A DNA stretch of 64,000 nucleotides from Octopus bimaculoides (lineage: Eukaryota). Below, piece after piece: positions 49,582-61,489 of the stretch. The notes under the pieces were generated by a model. That model ran no database searches and was not told where the DNA came from. It saw only the letters and a list, made by a program, of their open reading frames with translations. The translations under genes and the position numbers were made by a program. The DNA is taken from the NCBI RefSeq assembly GCF_001194135.2, contig NC_068984.1, positions 18,444,279 to 18,508,278 of the forward strand, in the 5' to 3' direction. Each line of letters begins with the position of its first letter. The stretch's first letter is position 1.

Positions 49582-51134
49582 TAAAGATAAAAGAATATAA
49601 ATTGGAAGAAATTTCACAAAAGGAAAATTTTCATAGAAATAAAAATGTAAAGATGCAAGCAGAGCATGCTCCTCTGACTCATTGGGAGAGGTGGGAATGG
49701 TGACTCCAAATAAGAATCAACTCAAAGCTGAACAATCTGCCCAATCCATACCAGCATAGAAAAGTGGAGTTCTGCTGCTGCTTATGATGACAGTAATCAT
49801 GAAGATAACATCTCTTTTTTCTCCTCCTCAAAAATAGTAGCAATAATAATAATTTAGTTTGTAAAACATTTCATCTATTTAAATTTCTTTAATTACTATA
49901 TTTTTCATAAATGTCCTTATTCAATTATTATACTTTCTTATTTATAGATGTCTTTCACCAAGACATGACATTGTGAAGTATGTATTTTTTAATTTTAGTT
50001 TATCCATTTTAAACATACGTTCTGTCTGGCTTGTATATTTACTTATGGATAAATGAATAATAATAATATATACACTTTCTCTCTCTCTGGGGTAGTCATG
50101 TGTCTCCTCTACAGCAAGACACTTGTTTCTGCTTCTCTACTATATTCTAACCTCTCATCACCTGACACAAAGCCACCTCNNNNNNNNNNGTTCTGTTAAG
50201 TAGTTGGTGTTAGAAAGGGCATCCAGCTGTGAAAAACCATGTCAAAGTAGACAGTAGAGTTTGGTGAAATCCTCTGGCTCACCAGCTCCTGTCAAACCAT
50301 CCACCCCATGCCAGCACGGAAGACAGGCATTAATTGATGATCTTGTGTGGTTTTCTTATTAGAGCAAAATAAAACTGTAAGGTTTCAAAACAAAACTGGC
50401 ATGCCAATTTTTAAAAATTATTGTTTTAATGACTCATTAATGGCCATTGACTAATGCAGAAATTTTAAGAAAAATTGTGAGGTGGTCTTGTATTTGCTTG
50501 TATTATGTACTTTGCTTAGTCCACATTACTCTGTAAGGAGCATAGGGCTAGTTTCCCAGTTTCTCTTGTGTATACTCGTCTCTGGATGGGACAACAATCC
50601 ATTGCAGGATTACTCATTGTTACCAGCTGACTGGATTGGAGCAACATGAAATGAAGTGTTTTGCTCAAGAACACAATACATCGCCCAGTCTAGAAATTGA
50701 AACTACAATCTCATAATCATGAGTCGAACACTGTAGCCACTAAGCCACATGCCTCCACTCTATACTTTACTGGGCATATAATTGATGATGACTTAAAAAC
50801 CAAAATATGTGGTTCTATCATCAAAATATTTATTGGAACTGAGAATCGAAAATATTGTATTCACTTATTGTCACTGTAAGGGAGTTAATGATAATGAAAT
50901 ACAAATGTCATATATTATTAAAATATACAAGATTTACATTAAAATAATGTCTAATCTTACATATTAATTTATTGTTTATGGTTCTGATCATATTGATTTG
51001 ATTACAATGGTGTCCACTTTCTGCATATGGGGAACAATCAACAGAATATTAGTTGTCATTGCAGTAGGTGGAAGGTTTTTAATTACAGTACTTTATTTCA
51101 GAGATATATTTATACCATTCTGCCTCACTTACCA

Positions 51135-51175
<41 letters not shown>

Positions 51176-53414
51176 TGAGAGAAAGAGATGATGAATATTA
51201 GATACTTGTTTAATCAAGCTAGGATCTCTATCTTTTAATTGGAAGTAATGATAAATGTGAGCTGAGAGTTGCCTCTAGCTGAGTTGATAAGTCCTCACCT
51301 TCAGACCAATGAATGAATGTGTCACTGATTTATATCTTGTTATTAACAATATACTCTGACCCTCTAGCAGTGAGATTTTTCTTTGTTTTTTGGGGTTTTT
51401 TTAAATTTTGTTTTACAACTCGCAGTGATATTGTCCACCAAGCTATAAATAGGATCTCTGGACAAGTCAAGTTGTTTGAAAATGTAACTAGTAGAGTTGT
51501 GTTTTATTATTACTTTGCCATAGCAGAATCAGTAGAGCATCAGACAAAAGGCTTTGGTACTATTTCTTCAGATTCTTTACGTTCTGAATTCAAGTCTGGC
51601 TGAGGTCAATTTTTGCTTTTCATCTCATCTGGGTTGATAAGATAAAGCAGTAGTCAAGTACTGAGGTCAAACAAGATTCTGGTCCATACGTTCTGTCTGG
51701 CTTGTATATTTACTTATGGATAAATGAATAATAATAATATATACACTTTCTCTCTCTCTGGGGTAGTCATGTGTCTCCTCTACAGCAAGACACTTGTTTC
51801 TGCTTCTCTACTATATTCTAACCTCTCATCACCTGACACAAAGCCACCTCCCTCAATACCACTCCTCGCTCTCAGTTGAGAGATCCTTCTCTTGCAAGTT
51901 ACTTGGTGACTTTGCTAGTGCTACATATAAAGCACCCAGTCCGTTCTGTTAAGTAGTTGGTGTTAGAAAGGGCATCCAGCTGTGAAAAACCATGTCAAAG
52001 TAGACAGTAGAGTTTGGTGAAATCCTCTGGCTCACCAGCTCCTGTCAAACCATCCACCCCATGCCAGCACGGAAGACAGGCATTAATTGATGGAACTCAT
52101 TTACAATTGGAGCAATGTGATGAAAGCACAATGCACTGCCTCATCCAGAAATTGAAACCATGATTTTATGATCATGAGTGCTACACCCTGATCACTCAGC
52201 CACGTACTTTCATAGATATGCTGTTGAAATATAGAGAGAGCACTGGTGCTGGTGCCACATAAAAAGTACCCAGTACAGTTTGTGAAGTGGTTGGCAATAG
52301 AAAGAGCATAAAGCTGTAACAACCATGCCAAAACGGAAAATGGAACCTGGTGCTGCTTCTGGCCTTGCCAGCTCCTATCAAACTGTCCAGCTCATGCTAG
52401 CATGGAAAATAGATATTACATGATGATGGTAGCAGCTGGATTGTCGTTGATCATGGGTTTTAGGTCAGAGCTGATTCAACAGTTTAGAAACATGTCTACA
52501 CGTTTCTTACTGATTCTAATACATCATTGACATAACTATTTCTTGTTTATAATTGATTGCTGTGTTTACAATGGTTCTTTGAATATGTGTGTGTGTGTGT
52601 GTATTGATATCACTAGATAGATAGATATAGATATATGTGTGTGAATGTGTATATAGATAGATAGATAGATAGATAGATGTGTGTGAATGTGTATATAGAT
52701 AGATAGATAGATAGATAAGGAGAGAGACAGACAGACATTATGTATTAAAGCTATCTTCATCCAGGGCCGTACATTTCAAACAGAAATTTCTAGCACCACA
52801 ATGGTAATTACAGACTCCCACCTTCCAATGAATCCCGTTTATTATACATTGTTTACAATCAAGGAAATGCTTGAAGCTACTGTTTTTATTTCATATATTT
52901 TTTTTTTCCTTTCTCTTTTCTTAATGATTTAATAACTAACCATTCTTGTTCTGTTTTTCAAGTTTTTCACCCTTTTGTTCTGCTTAACCCCTTCAGCTAT
53001 GGGAGTTCAGTTTGGAAATTTATCAATTTCTCCAATCACACATCTTCTTACATCCTATCATCTTCTTACATCCTAATTCGTTACACTCTTATAAACTTTG
53101 TGGCCTTTCCTAACATGAACAGTTTTTAATCTAGTCAATGTGTCATTTCTGACTAAAATACCCGCCAGCTTCTTCTCATAAACATCTTCGCTTTCTCCTA
53201 CTCTCTCTCTCTCTCTCTCATTTTCTTGCGCTCTCCACCCCCACCCCCCATCTCAACAGGGTACTTTTCTTACGAATCCTTTTATTCATGTTATTTATTT
53301 ACAGTGTTTGTTTCATGGTTGTATTGAGCAAATTAGTTTGAACCTAATTCCACTTTTTCCATCTATTTATATTTGTTATGCAATGAGCCATACAGGACCT
53401 TACACCCACCCACA

Positions 53415-53462
<48 letters not shown>

Positions 53463-54757
53463 CATATATATATATATATATATTACTTTATTTTATTTTA
53501 TGGCTTGTGAATATCCTCTGACAGAAATTTCCTGATTTCTTATTGATGGTTTACAATTGAAAATATACATACATGCACAGGCTTAATGACTCATCATTGC
53601 CAGTGCTTCCTCAACGAATACTTCATATCCCCCACACACTCACACTTCTGCTAGTATTTGAGAGTGTTGTCTCTATCAGTGATGTTACTTGACTGTTTTT
53701 GGCAGTGGGGAGGCATCTTGCTTCTTCTGCCACACCACAACTACATTAAAGAATGTTACTCATTTCAAACTAATAAGGTACTAATTTGGACTGATAACTT
53801 GTTGAATTTTGATTATTTTCTTTAATATTTTCTTCTTTTTTTTTTAACCAGTTGCTTCTAACTCAGTATTTTGTCTTAGTAGCCAACGAGAGTGTTCTTC
53901 GCTGGTACCACATAGTTGTTCAACTTGCAAGAAATAACGTCAGATGTCTCTCAAACCACAATGTACCCTCTTATAAAAGCAAGAACACATTGGAGAATGG
54001 CATGGTCCAAAATACACAGAATCAAGAGCAAGAAATTTCTTAGAAATAAAAAAAAGACAGGGTGGTCACATTTGGAATGTGACTCAGTAGTCTGCTCAGA
54101 GCTAACTCAGGCTTTCAACACAACGATTCAGTATTCCCATAAAAGGAATACTCACAAAAAAAAAAAAAGAGGAAAGAATATTGTATATATTGTTTTTGTT
54201 TAAATCTTTAAAAGTGTAGACTATCTCATTTATGTTTAAATTTCTACAGAAATATGGCCAATATATTGATTTTTATCTGACTCTCTGGCACATGTCAAAG
54301 TGAGTGTTATATTTGCTCAAGTCTATTACTTATGTCATTCTCTTCTTCTCTTGTTTACGCTGAAGATAGATTGCAAAGTAGAAATTCCACTTATGTACTT
54401 CTAATTACTTAATTCATTCTATAACTTAATCACACACACATAAATAATTTACTCTAGATTAATGTTTTCAATTCACTACTGATCGGTTTTTGGGATTTTT
54501 TTTTAGTATGGATTTTTTTTTCATTTTGCAAAAACGGTTGTAAAGTATGTAAAGAATAAAAGTTTAGGAAGGTATAACAATGCAATATAGAACAAAAAAT
54601 GGGCTGTATACCTGTTGTAACTTGGTAAACTGTAGTCCGATGATATTTCGGAATTAGAATTCCTTCTTCAGATCTTAATTTGCTGGAGTCTCTGCTATAA
54701 AGTAGTTTTGAATTAGAGCGTTCATAGAGATATAACAATAAAACAATATGTATATTG

Positions 54758-55125
54758 ATTGGCTGTGTGGTTAAGAACTTTGCTTCCCAACCACATGGTT
54801 TTGGGTTCAGTCCTATTGTGTGGCACCTTGAGTAAATGACTTCTACAAATAGTCACATGTTGACCAAAACCTTGTCAGTGAATTTGGGAGACAGAAACTG
54901 AAAGAGGTCCATTGTGTATGTGTAGATATATGTGTGTGTGTGTACGTGTTTATGCCTCTTTGTCTTGACATTGCATGATGGTTGTAAAAGCACATCACTG
55001 TCATATAAAGTGGTATTATTTGCCTCCAATCTTCGATGGAAGCATGTTGGGTCATGGGGAAATATTACTTTACTTAGAAACAGGTGAGAGTTAGTGACAG
55101 GAAGGGCATCTGCTTGTAGAAAATC
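54758..55125 (+). mobile_element. Family B head with long alternative tail containing gacaggaagggcatc (also near 15495-15850 and 58238-58800)
   Basis: Same head as family B, then cttgacattgcatgatggttgtaaa...catggggaaatattac...gacaggaagggcatctg. Confidence 0.8.
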
Positions 55126-56195
55126 TGCATACACATGGCTTTGTGAATACAGAGTTCACTTGACAACCACACCATTATGGGTTGACTCCCACTGTGTGTC
55201 ACTTTGAGCGAGCATCTTCTGTAGCTTCAGGCCAACCAATGCCTGTATGGAAGTCCACTCTGTGTATGTGTGTTTATGCATGACAGTGGACATTTCTGTG
55301 TCTTCTTATGACACCATCCAAGCAAAAAATAGTGGCACCATTCACAGCAAAGATTATATCTAGTAGCACTCTGTTTTTGAAACCCAGTGTAATAAATAAT
55401 TCCTTAGTTGAAAATGGGTAATGAGTTACCAACAGAAGGGGCATTCAACTCTTAAATAAGTATAGATACAACCCATGCCAGTATGAAAAAAACAAATGTA
55501 AATAAGAATGTTTTATAAAATAGAGAGAAAAATAAAGTGGTCTTTCTATATACAGCAGAAATTTGATTTGCTAGCAAGCTAATTTACTGGTCCAGTTTGG
55601 ATTCCCTGTTGGAACTACTTGACATCATTTCCAATACTAACCTCTTTTAGAACTACATAAACATCAACTTATAGCATTGATATCCTCCTCCTCCTCTTCC
55701 ATTTCTCCTCTTTTATGTCAATGTAAAAAAAAAATAAATGCATTTGTAAAGATTCTTTTCAAATGACATCAATTTAGTTTACTATTCCATTGCACTAAAG
55801 TTGTGAATCAGCAGAGATCTGTGTTATTTACTCTACATATTAAACCATCGATATTACATGCAATACACCGTTATATCAAAAATATTAATCCATATTCAGT
55901 GACATTCCGAGTCCTTCAGCTGGAAATAATGTTATTTCCAATTGAAGTCTTACCGTTTCTAAGTCTACTGATAGAGTTTTGCACAGACATCTTACTAAGT
56001 TAGTGTTTCATGTTTTTATTTGAATCTAGCACAGTCTGAGTTGGTTGAAAACTTTATTATTTCTGTATGCATAAATGTAATTCATAAAATGAAAATATGA
56101 AGTCTGTTGCTAATGTTGATGCTTGGTACCAGGTCAGTCATGAATGAGCAAACTGGTGATAAAAGGCATTTCAACTATATATGCATTTTTCTTAA

Positions 56196-56644
56196 CCATT
56201 TAGCATTGAAACCAGCCATATCCAGCTAAAATGTTCTACCTGTTTTATCTCCAAACTGGCCAAATCTGGGCTCTCACACCTACCCTACAATGTCATTTTA
56301 AACATAAACAGTCACCCCAATCAAAGTCTCGAAGCTGTGAGATAGAGTGTGCTCGGTTTAAAACAATGGAAATTAGAAAGGTGGCGAGCTGGCAGAATCG
56401 TTAGCACACCGGGCAAAATGCTTAGCGGTATTTCGTCTGCCGTTACGTTCTGGGTTCAAATTCTGCCGAAGTCGACTATGCCTTTCATCCTTTCGGGGCT
56501 GATAAATTAAGTACCAGTTACACACTGGGGTCGATGTAATCGACTTAATCCCTTTGTTTGTCCCTTCTATGTTTAGCCCCTTGTGGGCAATAAAGAAATA
56601 ACAATGGAAATTAGATTTGAAAGAGTAACTCGAATGCTAAAGGA
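56196..56644. mobile_element. piggyBac-like MITE, family E, split by a family A SINE
   Basis: TTAA|CCATTTAGCATT ... AATGCTAAAGGA|TTAA; the internal sequence resumes after the SINE TSD. Confidence 0.82.
56378..56599 (+). mobile_element. Family A SINE nested in a MITE
   Basis: Same head as the 61262 copy; perfect 16-bp TSD aacaatggaaattaga at 56362-56377 and 56600-56615. Confidence 0.92.
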
Positions 56645-57374
56645 TTAACTCGTTTCAGTGATGAGACCTAAGCCATGCTAGGACACCACCTTGAAGTGTT
56701 AGTCAAGAAAATCGCCCTTAGTGCTTATTTTTTAGTCTGATATTTATTCTATCAGTCTCTTTTGCCAAGCCACTAGGTTACAAGAACATAAACAAAACAA
56801 CACCAGCTTTGAAGTAGTGTAAAGAGACAAACACAGACACAAAGACATGCAGCTCACATACACACATATATATGCATAAAAGGCCTCCACACAGTTTCTG
56901 TCTAGCAAATTCACTCACAAGGCATGAGGAAGGGGGTTGGCTACTATTTCTAGCAGGCTGTGTAACCACATATAGACTCCTTCTTGGCTCTTCTTGTTTT
57001 TCCTTGGATCAGATCAACTTTTATTAAACAATTCATTGACATGATGAAAGCCTTCAATGTTCCAGACAATGGCATTTTTTTTTTCTTTTTTAATAGATTA
57101 TATTGTAAGTAGGACTGCATTATCCAATGTGTTCTCTTTTTAAGATAGTAACATCTAATTTGAGAGATTTGACAGTTATTTCTAACAGGTTAAGTGAACC
57201 TGGTCACTTTGCATATGGTTTGAAAAAATATATTGTTTTTCTTCCCAGTTTTGTTATTATGTAACTAAATGTTATTAGAATATCCTTAATCTTCTTGCAA
57301 TGGCTCTCTGTTCTAAACATATGTATAAGAGTAATGTGTTTGTCATAATTAATTTTCTTTCCATTTATTAACAG

Positions 57375-57537
57375 AGAGAAACTATTCAAGCAGAGCTTGG
57401 CGAAACTTCGAGAAGAAGTAATCAAGGCAAACACTTTGGTGAGAGAAGCCAACGACTTGGCACAAGAAATGGGTAGACAGACTGAATTCCATGTCACCCT
57501 TCAGATCCCTGCTGCCAATCTCAGCCCAAACAGACGT
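57375..57537 (+). CDS. KIF13: KIF13 exon (R-EKLFKQSLAKLREEVIKANTLVREANDLAQEMGRQTEFHVTLQIPAANLSPNRR)
   Basis: Acceptor ttattaacag|A, donor CGT|gtaagt; 163 nt; highly conserved SLAKLRE..KANTLVREAN and VTLQIPAANLS.NR motifs. Confidence 0.97.
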
Positions 57538-57744
57538 GTAAGTATTTTGTATAGGGCTTCTTTTTGTCTTTGGAGTATTATTTAATATGAAAACTCTATC
57601 CATGGAAAATAATCATTCACTAAAACCAAGCTCAAATTCGTTCTCTTCTTTTTTTTTCCTTCTTGAGCCTCATAACTCATTAGGCCAATTACCCACTTTC
57701 CATGGCATATAAGTAACCAAAATCACAACGTTCCCTGTTGACGG

Positions 57745-57938
57745 GTCCAAAGCCAACAATTTTGAGGGAACAAGACAATTGCATCGACCCCAGTACTTGA
57801 CTGGAACTTTATTTTATCAACCTCAAAGAGATAAACGGCAAAGTTGACCTGGGCAGGATTTGAACTCAGACTCTAAAGAGCTGGAAGAAATGTCACAAAA
57901 CATTGATGTGCTAATGATTCTGCTGGCTCAGTGGCTTC
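57745..57938 (-). mobile_element. Family A SINE, diverged, downstream of exon 57375-57537
   Basis: Reverse-complement family A motifs: atcgaccccagtac, ggcaaagttgacct, ggatttgaactcaga, tgctaatgattctgctggctc. Confidence 0.82.
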
Positions 57939-58584
57939 TCTCTTAAATAGAAGTTGATAATCTTTAGAGCTGTGGATATCTACACACATTTCTTTTTTTT
58001 TTTTTTTTTTTTTTTTAACAATCAATATATTAATTTATAACATTTTAACTTTTTTTTCATTTTTGCAACCGTTAAGTATTCAGTGTTTGCTGAGAATTAA
58101 TGACTTGGTGCTTAAAGTATTGGAACATTGATTCAGACATTGCCAAAGGCAATTACTTTGTGTTCTGAGTCAAGACATATTGCTCTAAATAGCAAGTAAC
58201 TCAACCTCATAGATGAAAAAAAACTAGCATGTATGTACAGGTGCAGCTATGTGTTTAAGAAGTTTGCTTCACAAACACGTGGTTTTGAGTTCAGCTCCAC
58301 TGTGTGGCATCGTGGGCTAGTGCCTTCTATTATAGTCTCAGGCCAACCAAAGCTTCGTCAGTGGATTTGTTAGATGAAAACTGAAAGAAGCCCACCCTCT
58401 GTCTGTGTGTGTGTGTCCTTGTCTTGACATTACATGATGTAAATGAGTGTTGCTGCCATACATGCAGCATCATTCATTTCCAATATTCTTCAAAGAAATG
58501 TCTGGCCATAGAAAAATAGTAACCTTGTTTGCAAGCGAGGGTTAGAGTCAAAAGGGGCATCCAGCCATAGAAAGTCTGTTTTAA

Positions 58585-58755
58585 CCCTTTTTGAATTAAT
58601 CGTGCATTATCTCATAGCTTTGAGATTTTGATGATGTGATTGTTTATTCCTAGAATAATATTATAGGGTAGGTGTGACATGTTAGATCTGGCCTGTTTGA
58701 ACATAAGACAAGTAGGATAGTTGGGCTGGATATGGTCTGTTTAAATCCCAAAGGG
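58585..58755. mobile_element. piggyBac-like MITE, family E, internally deleted, inserted in a family B long tail
   Basis: TTAA 58581-58584 and 58756-58759 flank CCCTTT...AAAGGG; the host SINE tail continues on both sides. Confidence 0.8.
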
Positions 58756-60351
58756 TTAATAAACCCTATTTTACCCATGCAAGTAAGGGAAGATAGACAT
58801 TACAAAAATGATGGTCATGAAATGATATAGATGAGAAGTCAGCAATAAATGTGGTGTATCTTCACCAACCATTTACACAAATTCTTGAATTCATAACACT
58901 ATTTGAGACCATGCTAAATATGTAGATGATAAAACATTTCCAAAGAAGAAATTACGTTTATTTAATGAGATGTACAACAAATAGGGGCCAAACAAATAAG
59001 TTTGTGAACTTAGTTATTCATTCATATATACTAAATGTGTAAGGTTCAGGTATGGTTGTGTGGTTAAGAAGTTCACTTCACAACCACATGGTTTTTGAGT
59101 TCAATCTCACTGCACTGTACCTTGAGCAAGTGCTTTTTACTATAGCCCTGGGTCAAGCTATGGTGCATTTGTGTTCATCTTTGTTTGTCTCACATCACTT
59201 CATGACTGGTGTTTGTTTGTTTGTTTGTTTGTTTATGTTCCCATAACTAAGCAGTTTGACAAATAGAAACCAATAAAATAAGTAAAGGGGTTAGTTTCAT
59301 TGACTAAACGTTTGGAGCCCCAGGGCTGCAGTCCAATGACTGAAACAAGTAAAAGAATTAAAGAGCACTGTGTTAGATTTCTTGTGGCTTCATTCATTCT
59401 ATCCACCGTAAATCTTATACTAAATTGTCACATTGACTTAATAGTAGATTACATACCAGGATAATATGAGAATGGCTTCATGACTTACATTTCTAAGCAC
59501 AGATCTGCCTCTGCCATAAATAAGTTCAACAGAATGAGGAAGAAGACAGGTAGAATCCATGCTAATTGATTTGCTGCAATTGTATTGCAAGATTATCAGT
59601 TTGCCATTCTCTCACCTGATACATCAGGTTCATTTAAATCTGCTGATATGAATCATAAGTCACCCAGCAAACAAATAGATATTCATTGCTATGTAATAGC
59701 TTTCTTCAGTCATCTGCTTTTCTTCATACTAAATCTTTGATAAATCTATTTCTTATTTGTATCCGTTGTTATAGTTGAAAGTGAACTTTTCATTTGTACA
59801 ATGACGGAAATTTATCTGAGACCAGACTTGATGATAACAGAATTTTTTGCAAAATAAAACAAGTTTAATTAATAAAGAGATTTTAATTACTTAAAAAGAA
59901 AAAGTTGATAAATATTGAAAGTTTATAAATAAACATTGTATGAAATATTTTTTAGAGAGTTAGCTTCATAATACTCTTTGCATTAAGTATATTAACACTA
60001 ATTAACTTTAACAGAAAATATTTGTGATCATTTAATAGACAAAAGCATACAATAATAACTAAGTTTGTCTCTTTGTATATAAAGCTGATTGATCTTTGCT
60101 TAATATAAAGTTCATACAAGATGATAAATCTTGGACAATAGGATGGAACAGTGTGTTTAATGATCTTTTCCTTTTTTCCAATTAAATCTGATACACAGTG
60201 AAAAAAAAACTTTTTCCAAATGAACATTTATGTACTTCCTGTTAGCATGAATATATTGTTTAATATCTAACGCCATAAAACAATCTGTAAAATTTATTCA
60301 TGTTGTTCTAATAAACGATTTCTTCTTTTCCTTGCCTCTGCTGTTTTATAG

Positions 60352-60498
60352 AGAGGAGCATTTGTAAGCGAGCCAGCAATTTTAGTGAAGAGAAAATGTC
60401 ACAACAGCCAGATTTGGTCAATGGAGAAATTTGAGAACAAAATTATTGATATGCGGGAGTTGTATGATGAAAACAAAACTTTGGCACATCCATTGATG
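60352..60498 (+). CDS. KIF13: KIF13 exon (RGAFVSEPAILVKRKCHNSQIWSMEKFENKIIDMRELYDENKTLAHPLM); 3' end may instead be 60525
   Basis: Acceptor ctgttttatag|AGA in phase 0; SEPAI and EK.ENK.IDMR.LY motifs. Two in-frame donors: ATG|gtacta (60499) and TCG|gtcggt (60526). Confidence 0.92.
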
Positions 60499-61261
60499 GT
60501 ACTAGAAGAATCTGATGATTACTCGGTCGGTGTTGCTTTTTGCATGGCTTGTCGCTTGACTTTCACTTCTCTGTCTTATATAGGTTTCAATATCCATTAA
60601 TCGTTTTTCTACAAATTGATATTTATATTAGACTGACAGATAACTTATTACTTTAAACCTCATAAAATAACATAACAGACAATTGTAAATTCATGTTTAG
60701 ATTTCTGTCTTAGAACTATATTGTAACTCTGCACTAAACCATTGAACTTTGAGAGTCAGTGAGTCTGAGTTCAAGTCCTGTTCACATTTTTTTTTTTTAC
60801 CTTTATGAGGACAATACTAAGTTTCATCTCTTGAAATACACTGCTTTACATAGTTCAATAAGAGATGAGGAGAGTAAAGGTCTATTTTGCTTTAAAAAAA
60901 ATCAACTTGAAAATGACATTTTAGTTTGAAAAATCTGTTTCTAATTGCTGTATAAAGTTATTTAATTAAACTTTTATCAGTAATTACAGTAATCAGAAAA
61001 TAATCAGTCTAGATTAGTCATCCAGTATTATTGCATTTTATCTCACTAATAATGTTTGTTAATCAGTGAGTCAGTACTTGATTTTAACTAACACAAATAC
61101 ATCCATCACTTGACCTCTTCTAATAAGACGTATATGTACACACACACATACATACACATATATACATGCATGTGCATATACATATATAGATGTATGTATA
61201 TATACATGCATGTGTATTCATATATTTTATATATAGATGTATGTGCGTATATATATATGTG

Positions 61262-61489
61262 TTATTTCTTTACTACCCACAAGGGGCTACACACATAGGG
61301 GACAAACGAAGACAGACAAACGGATTAAGTCGATTATATCGACCCCAGTGCGTAACTGGTACTTTATCGACCCCGAAAGGATGAAAGGCAAAGTCGACCT
61401 CGGCGGAATTTGAACTCAGAACGTAGCGGCAGACGAAATACCGCCAAGCATTTCGCCCGGCGTGCTAACGTTTCTGCCAGCTCGCCGCC
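61262..61489 (-). mobile_element. tRNA-derived SINE, family A, full length, CpG-rich (young)
   Basis: Minus-strand GGCGGCGAGCTGGCAGAAACGTTAGCACGCCGGGCGAAATGC...GTTCTGAGTTCAAATTCCGCC (A/B boxes), tail AAAGAAATAA; inserted in a (TA/TG)n tract. Confidence 0.9.

Larger units (their letters stand above)
11328..60498 (+). other. KIF13: Partial gene model of a kinesin-3 KIF13A/B (Khc-73-like) gene: FHA domain and following stalk, six exons
   Basis: All visible intron boundaries are GT-AG with compatible phases (2, 1, 1, 2, 0). The joined peptide matches KIF13 motifs: GDRILWGNNHFFRINLP, EKQYEEDK.ALERQ..MYE, ANTLVREAN.LA.EM, VTLQIPAANLS.NR, SEPAI.V.R, EK.ENK.IDMR.LY. Complete introns are 17891, 4182, 21022 and 2814 bp. 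Confidence 0.95.
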
